Source of the DNA: Felis catus
Lineage: Eukaryota
Direction: 5' to 3'
NCBI RefSeq assembly: GCF_018350175.1
Contig: NC_058383.1
Coordinates: 2,542,001-2,606,000 of the forward strand
Length of the DNA stretch: 64,000 nucleotides
Part shown: positions 36,484 through 48,025 of the stretch, one piece after another
How positions within the stretch are numbered: position 1 is the stretch's first letter
Layout: every line of letters begins with the position of its first letter
Translations under genes and position numbers: made by a program
Notes under the pieces: generated by a model
What the model saw: only the letters and a program-made list of their open reading frames with translations
What the model was told of the DNA's origin: nothing
Databases searched by the model: none

Positions 36484-36760
36484 GTCTTGGTTTGGGCTTC
36501 CCCGGAAACCAAGGCTGAGACGGGGAACTCTGTGCACATGGTGTACTTGGGAGGGGATCCCAGGAAACAAGGTAGGAGCAGGAGGAAACAAGGCTGGGGA
36601 GGCCGAGAACACAGCGCACTTGGAGAACAGGTGAGCACTGGGGACGGAGGAGCGCTGCCCCCTGGGGGGCCCTGGGGACAGCTCAGAATGGCATGGGGTG
36701 ACCTCCCCTGGGGAGTGTGAAGCTGTTCTTTATCCACCAGCTCCTGGAGTGTCTGGAAAA
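36484..36760 (-). mobile_element. ERVL LTR16-like fragment
   Basis: GTCTTGGTTTGGGCTTCCCCGGAAACC...TTGGGAGGGGATCCCAGGAAACA. Confidence 0.65.
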
Positions 36761-37355
36761 GGCCCCGGGGGCACAAAAATGCACATACAGCTAGAGGGAA
36801 CCAGTGGGTGCTCACTAAAATCGATTCCAAGGGAGGAACCTTGGAGTTCTGCAAAACGCGGAGGAAGCCAGTCCCCATTTTGCAGATGAGGTTACCGGTG
36901 CTGGCCGCTGACTCACGGTGGAACCAGGGACGCCTACTATTCTGTTGAGGAGTCTCACCTCCTATTCCTCGCCCCCTGCCCAGCGCTGAGAGGAATCCAG
37001 TTGTACGGAAAAGAGCACGGATTACGTTCATGACCAAACCACCAGCCCTCAGGCCCCAGGGCCCTTGCACATCCACCCTCGGAATCCTGTGAGGCCCACC
37101 ACGTGCCTTTGCTGCCTGTCCTTGAGCCTAAAGTGCACACATTTGAACTGGCTCCCGCTTACAGCGTGAGGTGGGAGTGAGGTGGGGAAAACTCACTCTC
37201 AGGAGCAAGATCCAGATATGGACGAAGTCATGAGACCTCCCAGGGGAAGGGACCTCGAGCTTCAGTCTCTGAGGGAGAAGGTGTTTCAAAGCACAGATCC
37301 TCTGCCAAAAATTAAAATGAATTTCAGTCCTAAGTTGCGTCATGTTTCTCCACAC

Positions 37356-37451
37356 ATATTACAGGGAGTTATATTACATATAACTTATATATAAGTTATA
37401 TTACATATAAGTTATATATAACTTATATATGTTATATTACACATAACTTAA
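37356..37451. repeat. AT-rich minisatellite with two perfect 24-bp palindromes
   Basis: Units TTATATTACATATAA(C/G)TTATA; palindromes at 37378-37401 and 37405-37428. Confidence 0.9.
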
Positions 37452-37729
37452 TGCCCGCCCAAGAGGCTTCTCAAGGCCCCCTGCCTCCTGTCCCTAGTGC
37501 CCAGCTGCTCCTGAGACCCTAATGGCCAAACTCACCCCCTGCCTCAACTCCTCCCCAAGCCCTGGCTCGGGGGCTCCCTCCCCCCCCTTCCCAGCCCGTC
37601 CTGTCAATCAGAGTCCAGCAAGAGTCCCTCGTCTTTAGGAAGTGGAAACCAGACACATTGCCAAAAGAATCTTTTCAGTGGGAGAGGAGAGAGAACACTT
37701 TCTGCATCTGGGCCCCTTCGATTGCATCG

Positions 37730-38385
37730 ATGTTGATGAGTCTGGCTGACCTGTGTCCCTGGGTCCTGGGAGGGGGCTTCTGAATCCTTGCAATTTCCCA
37801 AATGACAGAGGAGCATCTGTCACGCAGGGCTCAGCCCTCACCTGGGTTTATGCTAACAAGATGACGAAGATGGGGGGTGGGGCACACCAGAAGGGACCCA
37901 CTGTGTGCTTACAGGGTTGGGGCTCCAAGTCGGGTGACGTCAGCCCAGTGTCTGGGGAGGGGAAGGGGCTGGAGACAGAGTTCAACCACGTGACCAGGGA
38001 TTCGATCGATCACGCCCAGGTCATGAAACCCCAATAAAAACTGGACCCCAAGACTCCTCCTGCTTTGGGGTGGTAATCAGACGTGTGCGTGGGGAACGAG
38101 AAACATCTTCCCAGTCCCTGCCTATGGGTCTCTTCTTTCGGCTGGTCCTAATTCGCAGCCTTTACCACAAAACAGTAGAAGTCAGCACAGTGTTTTCTTG
38201 GTCTAACAGTTGTTCCTGTGAATTATTGAACCTGAGGGAACCGCTGGGGGCTGCAAATCTGTAGCCAGATGGTCAGAAGTGTGGGTGGCCTGGGGACCTC
38301 TGGGCTCGCAGCGAGCTTCTGAAGTGAGGATGGTCTTAGCTGCGACATTTGACCGAACTCGTAGTCGGTGTCAGAACTGGACTGT
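37730..38385 (+). mobile_element. MER21-like LTR
   Basis: GTTTATGCTAACAAGATGAC, GGGGAGGGGAAGGGGCTGGAGA, ATGAAACCCCAATAAAAACT, TTATTGAACCTGAGGG, GTGTCAGAACTG. Confidence 0.85.
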
Positions 38386-38636
38386 GATGAGCGTCCTCCT
38401 TGTAAGATGATAGAACGGAGATGAGAATGTGTCATTCTGTTTGGAGGAAGTCGCTTTTCAGGTTTGACTAATTCATTGCGCTGGGACCTAGATTTTCCCC
38501 TCAGAATTCTGTCCTTGTGTTTTGTTTCGTTTTTTGACTAAAGATGAGCATAAGAGTGAAAAATTGTCGGCTGGGCCTTGAAAACCGGGCCACGGTGAAC
38601 TGCGAGCCTTGGAGCCTACAGTCCTGTGTCTCCCTT

Positions 38637-38697
<61 letters not shown>

Positions 38698-38806
38698 TAT
38701 ACATACGTATATATGTGTATATATACACACACACATATAATTATGTATAATATTATGTATATATTATGTATATATATTATTATATATATGTATATATATA
38801 CATATA
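38637..38806. repeat. Poly-A plus (TA)n/(CA)n compound microsatellite (SINE tail expansion)
   Basis: Direct reading. Confidence 0.95.
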
Positions 38807-39004
38807 AATGTCTGCTTATTTATTTTGAAAGAGAGAACACAAGTGGAGGAGGGGCAGAGAGAGGGATAGAGAGAGAATCCCAAGCAGGCTCTGGGCTGTC
38901 AGGGCAGAGCCTGACGTGGGGCTCAAACTCACAAACTGTGAGATCATGACCTGAGTGGAAACCAAGAGTCGGACGCTTAATGGACTGAGCCCCCCAGGCG
39001 CCCC
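38807..39004 (-). mobile_element. Can-SINE
   Basis: Antisense body ending GGCGCCCC. Confidence 0.95.
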
Positions 39005-39811
39005 CAGGCTTCCCTTTTATGAGGAGATGGTCCAGTCAGGGTCAGAGGCCACATTCACAAAGAATCCCAGCCTCCCTTCTACAGATCGGGTGCATCATGA
39101 CTCTGCCCAAATTCTTCCATAAGAGCCAACAAATTAATGACTCCTGAGACCCTCGAAAGCCTCATAAGTGGCAAAGAACCTCCAAAGGAGACCCGGTTTG
39201 CTTGGCGTCTTCAGAGTTATTGGGATCAAGCCGGGGTTTGGTTTCTTTCGTTTACTCGTTTGTTTCCAAAAATAAATGTCGGGAGGACAGACCGTTAATA
39301 AAAGATGCTCCGGTGTACTTGAAACGTTGGAGAACCAGGCAAAAAGGCGACAAAATATGAAATGGATCGTGGCGGAGGTTTTTCGAAAGCCGAGGAGGAC
39401 AGCGCTAGGACCCAAGCACAGACTGTGTACCGTTGATCTTGGCCAGCTTGTGCCCCCCGCCCTGGGTTTCCAGGGCAAAAGTCCCCATCAGGTGGTCACG
39501 AAAGAGAAATGCTCTATTTGCGTCTGCAGCTTGGGATTCGAGGTCCTCGGGGAATACTCATTTCTGTCATACAACCCAAATATTTATGGAGCGTGAAGGG
39601 AGCGTGGCCCAACGTGAGCCACTTTTGCTGGGAGCCTTCTCTCAGAGGCTTCAAATAGTTCCAGAGCCTCTGCAGCGGGTCTGGGGACAGGGTGAGCACT
39701 TTGATGTCCTATGATCCCACAGTGGGGTCCCTGGTCCCCCACCCACCAACCCTGCCATCTTGGGCAACCTAGGCTCCCTCATTCGCGAAAATGCAGATAC
39801 TAATTACTACT

Positions 39812-40172
39812 TAGGGCGGGTCAGATAATCTTTCCCCCACTCCCCAATTCATGTCCACTGGCACCTTAGAATGTGGTTCTTCGGAAGCAGGGTCTTTGCA
39901 GATAGAGTCAGCTAAGGGTCTCGAGAGGAGAGCATCCTGGCCTGAGGGTGGACCCCAAATGATGGGTGTCCTTGTAAGCAGAGAGCACACAGACGGACTC
40001 ACCCAGGGAAAGTCCCGTGAAGACGGAAGCAGAGATCGCAGCGATGTGTCCACAGGCCAAGGGATGCCAAGAATTCCTGCAACCGTCAGGAGCGAAGGCA
40101 CGGGGAGGAGGGAGCAGAGAGCGCCTCCAGAAGGAACAGATGCCCCAGCACCTTGATCACGGACTCGTGGCG
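39812..40172 (+). mobile_element. MLT1C-like LTR
   Basis: AGGGTCTTTGCAGAT...GTGAAGACGGAAGCAGAGAT...GCCAAGGGATGCCAAG...CACCTTGAT. Confidence 0.85.
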
Positions 40173-40732
40173 CTCGGCCAGTTCTTTCTCATTCTGTTCT
40201 TTCTGTTCTCGGCTGTTTTGGTGGATGACACCGCAGCTACGGGAGGCGTTCGGCTCCGTCCCGCAGCTCCCGCATTTACCCACTGAAAACATCTTCGCGG
40301 GGGCTCCGTCTCCGTGCCCGGGCGTGGGCACATACGCTTCGGCTTCTCCTTTATTTTCGTATGTGCGGCGGACATTGCCGGTTTCCTGCTCACGTGGCGC
40401 TCGTTGGCATCCATGTCTGGGCACACTGGCCCAACCCTGGCTCACGACTGCAGCAGCCAGAACCCTTCCTGAGAACCCCCTCTGGCTTTTAGCCCCGGCT
40501 TGGTTTGCAGGTTGGACTGAGAGTGGAGCCCTCCCCCCACCCCCGGCTCCCCTTCAACCAACGATCGGTGAGAGTCAGTGAGTAAGTCGCCAGGTCCCCA
40601 CCCTCCACCTGGGGTGTCCCCAGGTGTGAGCCACAGCTTCCTACCGCCCTACCGCCCCCAGCAGGAGTGAGTCCTGCTTGGTTGGCCACGTCGGCCAGCT
40701 GCTTGGTGACATAGACAGTATTGGCTTTCTTC

Positions 40733-41226
40733 CTGGATTGGTCCCCCGTGGCTTCTGGAACAAATGACCACAAGCCACGTGGCTGGACACAGAAGACACT
40801 ATGCCCTCACAGTCCTGGAGGCCAGAAGTCTGAAATCAGCATCCTGGGCTGACATCAGGCGTCAGTGGGACCACGCTCCCTCCGGAGGCTCGAGGGGAGA
40901 ATCTTTCTTTGCCTTTTCCGGTTTCTGGCAGTTGCCAGTGACCCCTGGCATCCTTGGATTGTGGGCACATCACTCCAGTCTCTGTCTGTGTCTCCGCATG
41001 GTCTCCTCTTCTGCGGTCAAATCCCTCTCTGCCTCCCTCATATAAGGACACCTGCGAGTGTCTGAAGGCCTCTCCCAGACCAGAACAATCTCCCTGCCTC
41101 GAGATCTAGAACTTAACCGCATCTGCAAAGACCCTTTGTTGCCACACAAGGTAACGGTCACAGGGATTAGGACTCGGATATCTCTGCGGGGGGTGGCGGG
41201 AGGGCGGCGTTATTCAGCTGACTACA
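40733..41226 (-). mobile_element. MLT1C-like LTR
   Basis: CACAGTCCTGGAGGCCAGAAGTCTGAAATC...ATAAGGACAC...CATCTGCAAAGACCC...ATTCAGCTGACTACA. Confidence 0.88.
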
Positions 41227-42300
41227 CTTCCCTTCCTGGAATCAACTCCCCAATAAACTACTCACACTCCCCTCCTAGTCTCAGGATGCGAGACTATTAT
41301 GTCATAGGGAATGAGAATCACTCTTTAAGGAATGATTTACACACGTGATGTGCTGACATTTCTCTAGCAATCATACTTACAGGAGTCGGAACAGGGTTGT
41401 TAAATTCTTTGAGGGTTATTAACTCAGAACCATAATCCCAAGGTGGAGGGAACAATTGGCTTGAATAGGCTTTTGGGTAACAATAATCCCCCCCCCACCC
41501 CCCCACCCCAAAAAAAAAGGAAACCAGGGAGAAGTCTGATGGGGACTCTCACTGCCACTGAAAACACTTCTCAACTTCAGTCTCTGTGGCTTATAATTTG
41601 ATCTATCTCGCGGGAGAGGAGTTTGGGTGGGAGGGCCCCAGGCCCGACGCAGCCGAACCCTTAGCCGTAATCCGTCACTTGTAGCGGGGTGTGGAAAGTG
41701 GGAATGAATGGTGAGCTCGTCCCGCTGGGCCTTCATCAGGGCGGGCGAGGCTGAAAACCCCCCAGTTCCCCACGGCTGCTTCCTCGACACCAACGCTGAG
41801 ATCATGACTCTGCGGCCGACGCTTCAACTTTCGCTGGCGGGGCTGAAAGGCACCGTACCATTTCTGGAGATGTTCTTGGAAGTGACGTTTAAGTGGAGAC
41901 CCCGAGGATGAAAAGGAGTGAGCCGACTTAGAGATGAGGCAGAGACAAGGCCGAGACAACGTCTCCTGGCAGAAGGAGGCATAGCAGGGAAGAAAAGACC
42001 CAGGATAGGGGCGTCTCAGGTAGAATGACCACAGATCAGAGGCGGCGAGAGGCAGGGGCCCGTCGTGGCCCCCTGCTGCAGTGTGTGCGTCTCCTCAGAA
42101 CATACTGGAAGGCCACCCAAAGGCCTGGGGGCAACGTCAGGACCTGAGAGGTGTTTTAAGGACATGGCTCACTCCAGCTACCGTGTGCGGAAAGCACCAG
42201 GAAAGGGGGAGGGTGGGAGCAGGAGGCCAGGTTACGCGGCCTTGGACGCGTGGGTGGGAAAGATGGACCTTGACTGGGGGGCACCCTGGCTCCACGCTCC

Positions 42301-42668
42301 TCTCTGGGCTGAACCGTGTCCCCCGCAAACTCAAGTGCTGGAGTCCTAGCCCCCAGCACTCCTGCGTGTGACTGTGTTCGGAGATGGGGTCTGTAGACAG
42401 GTGACTAAGGTAAAGCGAGGTCACAAGGGCGGCTCCCAGTCCGCTCTGACTGGGGTGCTTCTAAGAGGAGGAGGTCAGGACACAGACAGGCACGGGGGGA
42501 CGAGCAGGTGAGGACACAGGAGAAGAAGGCCATCCGGGCACCGAGGGGAGAGGCATTAGGAAGACAGCCGCCCCGGCCACACCTGCATCTCAGACTTCAG
42601 CCTCTGGGACTGTGAGAAAACAGCTTCCTGTTGTCTAAGCTGCCGGTGTTTGTTACTTCGTCACACAC
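42301..42668 (+). mobile_element. MLT1A-like LTR
   Basis: GGGCTGAACCGTGTCCCCC...GTGAGGACACAGGAGAAG...GGACTGTGAGAAAAC. Confidence 0.88.
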
Positions 42669-44355
42669 TGTAACGTAACACACTGTCACAGACCATTAGG
42701 CTGAAACCTGCTGTCCCTGTCGGACGGGTCCAGGCTCTTTTCCCCTCCTGCTTTCTCCACGGGCCTTGCCTTCTCTCCGCTCACAGCTCTCTCGCAGGTG
42801 TGCGCACGGGCTGGCCCGCCCACGCACACACAAATGTCACCCTCTGGGGTGGCCTTCTAGGATCATGGCGGGATGGGGCCTAGAGTTCTTAACGCACCGT
42901 CTGTCTGCAGATAACTCACTCCAAAATTCTGAACTGCCCCTTCGGCTGCCCCAAGTCTCCTACACATTTAGAGCGATTCTCCAACCAAACGAATGTCACT
43001 CCCACATTACAGAGGCAGACCAAATTAGCGTTTAGCAGAGAAAGGGGCTTCTTTTTTTTTTTTTTTTTTTTCGCAAATCATATAACTCTAAATTACCTTC
43101 AATTTCCTAAATGGAATCTGGCTCGTGATTCACTCTAGTATGGAGTAGTCTGTAATGAGATTATATTATGTTTGGGGGAAAACATTCAAATGACCAAGAT
43201 AATTAATTTTGCATAACAACCAACATATAGCAAGATCCAAAGCCGTAACTCAAAGCCAGCAACCTGCCGGGGCCCCTGGGGGTGATAATGTTTCTTTCAA
43301 AACACAGTAACAAAGACAGTTCCAGAGACCCGTGAAATGCAGAGGTTTTAAAGCTGGAAATGTCGCGGCTCTTTCCGTTCGGAGCCACAATGCTCGTATT
43401 TTCTCACAAGCTGTCATTTACCGTGGATCTCTCCTGGGTTTGGGAAGATAAAAGAAATCCTCCGGCCCCAAAGACTATCTTGGACGCGCTTTGCTGGGAA
43501 AAATCTTTAGAGAACCGATTCCAAGTATGCAAAACGTTTGGTGCTGTTTCAGGGCTCAGCTTACGGCAGGATGGAGAGTGTGTGTGTGTGTGTGCGCGCG
43601 TCACACGCTCATCTTGTAAAAGAAAGAATAAGATCAAACCCTCTTTGGTTCTTTGAAACCTCTTCTCCAGGTGGCTTGATTTGTATGGTATCAGACTTGT
43701 CTGAACATCTGGGAAGGAACTGACGCTCGGGCGGCAGCAATTTTCCGGTTCTGATTCATTGTTAAAAATCACCTCGGAAAGAGCCAGGACCTGGCAGGCC
43801 GCGCCCCCCCCCCCCCCCCCAATCCTTGTATCCCTTGGCTGCGTGTAATTCTAACACAGTCTAGGAATATGTGTGAGATCGGGAGCCAGAGAAGCTACAT
43901 TCTTGCAAAGATCTGCTGCTAACTGCCTGCATGGTCTCCAAAATAAATTCGTGCACTCAAACACTGATGCATGAATCTGTGCACAGTAGCCCCGCCCACA
44001 ACAGCCAGGATTGGAGAACGGAGATGTCCATCAGCGGATGAGGGGATAAAATAAACTGTGGTACGTCCACGCGGCAGAACACTACTCAGCCATAAAAAGG
44101 AACTAAATCCTGAACACAGATGCTAAGTGACAGAAGCCAGACACAAAAAGGTCACGTGCTGTAGAATTCCTTTTATGTGAAATATTCAGCATAGGTAGAT
44201 CCCCAGAGTCAGAACGCAGATCGGTGGGTGCCCGGGGCTGTGACAAAGAGGGAGTGGGCAGTGACAGCTTCACGGTACGGGATTCCCTTTTGGGGCGAGA
44301 GTGTTTCGGAACCAGGTAGAGGTGGTGATTGCACAACATTGTGAATCGTGCGCTT

Positions 44356-44562
44356 AAAAAAACTTCTTTTAATCTTTATTTATTTTTGAGAGAGAGCATG
44401 AGCGGGATAGGAGCAGACAGAGACGGAGACACAGAATCCCAAACAGGCTCCAGGCGCTGAGCTGTCAGCACAGAGCCCGACGCTGGGCTCGAACCCAAGA
44501 ACCATGAGACCATGACCTGAGCTGAAGTCGGACGCTTAACCGACTGAGCCCCCAGGTGCCCC
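44356..44562 (-). mobile_element. Can-SINE
   Basis: Antisense body; degenerate TSD GTGAATCGTGCGCTT / GAGAATTGTGCACTT. Confidence 0.95.
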
Positions 44563-44596
44563 ATGAGAATTGTGCACTTTAAAATGGTTAATTTTA

Positions 44597-44712
44597 GCCT
44601 GGCTCAGTCAGTACAGCATGTGACTCAGGATCTCAGGGCTGTGAGCTAGAGCCCCAGGTGGGGTGTGGAAATTACTCAAAACTAAAATCTTAAAAATAAA
44701 GTAAAATAAAAT
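44597..44712 (+). mobile_element. Short tRNA-derived carnivore SINE (older type lacking the CT tract)
   Basis: CTGGCTCAGTCAGTACAGCATGTGACTC...GATCTCAGGG...GAGCCCCA...A-rich tail. Confidence 0.8.
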
Positions 44713-45149
44713 ACGTAACTTTACATTATGTGAATTTTACCTCCATTAAAGAAAGAGACGTTCCTGCTGTCACTGTCCACCCCCCGCACCCCTCCCCCCC
44801 CCAGATCTTGGGGACTTTCTGGGAAAATCAGGGCGATGGACCCCCCAACAGAGACTATCTAGACTGGCCCTGTGATCGGCTGGAACAGGTGCATCAGAAG
44901 TGACGCTACGTAGCTTTCACGGCTGGGTAGGGGGACACCTGCAGTTTCCGTGTAAGGAACGCCCCCCCCCTCAGAACCCAGCCACAGCCGGTGAGAAAGC
45001 GCAGGCGGCCCGAGGGGCCAGGATGGAGCTCAGAGGCACCGGGCGCCAGCTGTGTGACACCAGCCGTGCCAGTGAGCTATCTCGATGTTCCAGCCCGGCT
45101 GTGCCCTTGGGCGAGGCGCCCCCGCCAGCCCCACCTGGATGGAGGTTTG

Positions 45150-45635
45150 GTTTACGCTCGGAGATGGCAATCACCACGGAGGCAGGCGCAAAAAGAAACA
45201 TATCCCTCTCTGCGTATCTATCTCCATACCTATCTCTGCATCTCTCTAGACATAAAATTCCGTCTATTCCTATCCATCTCCAGATTCACAAAGTGGCTGA
45301 CACAGTGATGGAGGCTGGCAAGTCCATCCTCTGTTGGGCAGGCCAGCAGACTTGAGTCCCAGGGAAGATGTTACAGCTCACGTCCTCTGACAGGTGACTG
45401 GCACAACTCCCTGTTCCTCAGGGCACCCTAGTCTCATTTTCTTGCAGGGCCTTCACCTGATTGGGTGAGGCCCACCCACCTCACGGAGGGTCGCCTGATT
45501 TACTCAAGGGCCACTGATTTCACCGGGAGTCTCATCTAAAAAAACACCTTCATGGCAACATCTGGATTGGTGCTTGACGTCATCTCTGGATACTGTGGTC
45601 CAGCCAGGTCGACACATAAAGGTAACCCCGTGGCA
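45150..45635 (-). mobile_element. MLT2-like LTR
   Basis: GATGGAGGCTGGCAAGTCC, CTGATTGGGTGAGGCCCACCCAC, CAGCCAGGTCGACACATAAA. Confidence 0.85.
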
Positions 45636-46783
45636 GGCAATGAACCTCGCGACGGTGGGCTTTGGGCACTGGGCCTCAAATTTCGCTTCCATGCTCTGCC
45701 CACATCCTCTTGGGTCCCCTTCCATTTCCAGAGCTGCCTGCCTGGGGCACAGAGAGCTGGAGCACCTAGGGGTGCTTGGCCCCCCAGAGCAGCTCCCACC
45801 CTATGACCGACCAGGCCAGGCGCGGGAAGCCCCGCCCCTCTCCTCGGGCCGTGGGCACTCTGACGCCCATCTTAGGTCTGCTTCTGGGAAACCCGGCCTG
45901 ACACAAGGTTGCCCTGGGAAGAGCGGGGCCAAGGATGATGCGTCCCTGTGCATTTGTGGAAGCAAATGTTTACTGGGGTGGGGGTGGGGCTGACATCTTC
46001 CAGCCGAGGGGAACGAGGAGGCTTTCCAGGCAAGGGACAGAATTTACGTGTCCGCCCCGACTTTGCCATCATCGGTCCTGCCTTCTCCCCACAAGGCCTT
46101 GCTAGATGCTGGAGAAGGTGACCCTTCTCCGTGAGGGCCTCATCCTTTACGTAGCTGAACCGAGATGCAAACCCCGTGCCCCACAGGGCGGAGTCGTGGC
46201 CTCCCTGCGTGCTCACGGCTCTCCTCTCCCCCTCACGCCTTCTCCCTGCGGCCCCCACCCCAGCCACGCAGCAGGAGCAACAAAGCACAGATGAACTCCC
46301 GATGTGAGCCACACCGTCCCCCGTACCGCTCGGTGATCGCCGACTCTACACGCTCCCAGAAAGGTGCGCTGATGTTTGGTGACGGATATGGAAATTCAAT
46401 AAAAGGCAAGTTAATTAAAACAGAACAAGCTGTTGCCTGGGGCAGCAAAATGTAACTGCTTATTATGTGAGTGAATGTTGAGATACGGGGGAGTATAATT
46501 TTCTCTCTCTCCCCCTGTGTTTCTGGGAGTCTGTTTGGCAAAGTCAGAGCGGGAGTCTGCCAGACGGGGATGGCTGGTTCCAGCCTGAGATGGGTGTTAT
46601 GCACATGCGTGTGGCTGGCCCTGGGCACGGGGTTGCATGTGAAGGAAACCCACAGACTGTGGGCTCCCGGGCGGGGCCGAAGCCTGTCTCCAGCTTGCTT
46701 GTAACCCAGTGCCAACGCAGCGCCCTGCACCTGCTAAGGACACCTGTTGCTAATTGCTGCCATAGTGTCTGAAACGGGTGTCC

Positions 46784-47147
46784 TGCCATGGCCCGAACTG
46801 TCTCCCCGTCCCCAAACCATGTGTTGAAGTCCTAACTACCCCCCCCCCCCCCCGACCTCAGCCTGGGCCTGTATGTGCAGAGCAGGTCTGTACAGTAACC
46901 AAGTGAAAATGAGCCACGTGGGTGGGCCCTAAGGAAAAAGGATTAGGACGCACACAGAGGAAAGACCAAATAAGGATACAGGGACAAGATGGCCATCTAC
47001 AATCCAAGGAGAGAGACCTCGAAGAAACCACCCCTGCTGACACCTCGATCTTGGATTTCCAGCCTGGAGAACTTTGAGAAAAATACAGGTCTGATGTCTA
47101 AGCCACCAAGTCTGGGGGGGCGTCTTGCTATGGTAGCTCAGCAAACT
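46784..47147 (+). mobile_element. MLT1A/B-like LTR
   Basis: GTGTTGAAGTCCTAAC...AAGATGGCCATCTACAATCCAAGGAGAGAG...GATCTTGGATTTCCAGCCT. Confidence 0.88.
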
Positions 47148-47189
47148 CTTCTGCACCTGCCCATATGTTACTGTTCAGGGGTCTTCAGG

Positions 47190-47800
47190 TGGGTGGGTGG
47201 TTGTGCCGGTCGTAGTGGAGCTCACCTGTGGCAGGGACTGGACGTCAGGGGGTCCTCAGCTGGGGACGACAGCAATGTCACTGTGCTCCACGTGGTTTCT
47301 CATGGCTCTCGGGAGCCTGGGCTTGTTGTCAGGGTGACGGAGGGCTGGGGAACGGGGAGAGGAGGGGGGAGAGAGAAGTGGGGGAGGGAGAAGGATGGGG
47401 AGAGAGAGAGGGGGAGAGAGGAAAGGAGGGGGGAGAGGAAAGGAGGGGGGAGAGGGAAGGGGGAGGGAGAGAGGGGGAGGGAGGGGGGGGAGAGAGAAGG
47501 GGGGAGGGAGAATGATGGGGAGGGGGAGAGGCAGAGGGAGAGGGAGAGAGAACAGGTCTCCCCAGGACCAGGCTCCCTCCCTGCGCACCACCTCCTTTGC
47601 TGCATCCTATTGGCCGGAGGCAATCACGTGGGCACTCTCGCTCCCTCTTTGGCTGCATCCTATTGGCCAGAGGCAATCACATGGGCACTCTCGCTCCGGG
47701 GGCTGGGAGACAGACCCAGCCTCTCCATTGGGGACGTTGCAGGGTCAAAGGGCACGCATTTCGGGAGGGGTGGGGAAACGGGGTCTCTTCTGCAACCAAC
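47190..47800 (-). mobile_element. Old MLT1 (I/J/K-like) LTR with a purine-rich expansion (47357-47552) and a 53-bp tandem duplication
   Basis: CTCAGCTGGGGACGAC...GCTCCACGTGG...GGGCTTGTT; TGCATCCTATTGGCC..AGGCAATCAC. Confidence 0.65.
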
Positions 47801-47885
47801 CCGGGGGATTCCTAAATGTTTTATTTTGAGTGTAAAAATCCGAACTTCAAATCTGAGGAATTGGCAGGTGGTCAAGAGGGACAGA

Positions 47886-48025
47886 GGGGCGCCTGGGTGG
47901 CTGAGTCATGCGAGTATGTGACTCTTCATTTCTGCTCAGGTCACGATCCCGCAGTCGTGGGCTCTCTCTCCCTCTCCCTCTGCCCCTGCCCCCTCAAAAA
48001 TATGACAAATAAAAAAAAATAAAAA
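47886..48025 (+). mobile_element. Can-SINE, internally deleted
   Basis: GGGGCGCCTGGGTGGCT head joined to the CT tract and tail. Confidence 0.9.

Larger units (their letters stand above)
43950..44750 (+). mobile_element. L1MB-like 3' end with two SINE insertions
   Basis: TGTCCATCAGCGGATGA...TACTCAGCCATAAAAAGGAA...TTGCACAACATTGTGAAT...GTGAATTTTACCTC. Confidence 0.88.

Noticed and set aside
36180..37076. 298-aa minus-strand ORF
   Set aside because: It crosses LTR16-like sequence, has GC-driven composition and shows no homology I recognise.
37380..37399. loxP-like ATAACTT...AAGTTAT
   Set aside because: It lacks the CGTATA arms and 8-bp spacer and is part of an AT minisatellite.
44597..44670. 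tRNA gene
   Set aside because: It is a diverged tRNA-derived SINE head with an A-rich tail; the same applies to all other SINE heads.
46989..47921. 310-aa ORF with a G/E/R-rich domain
   Set aside because: It spans two LTRs, a purine tract and a SINE head.
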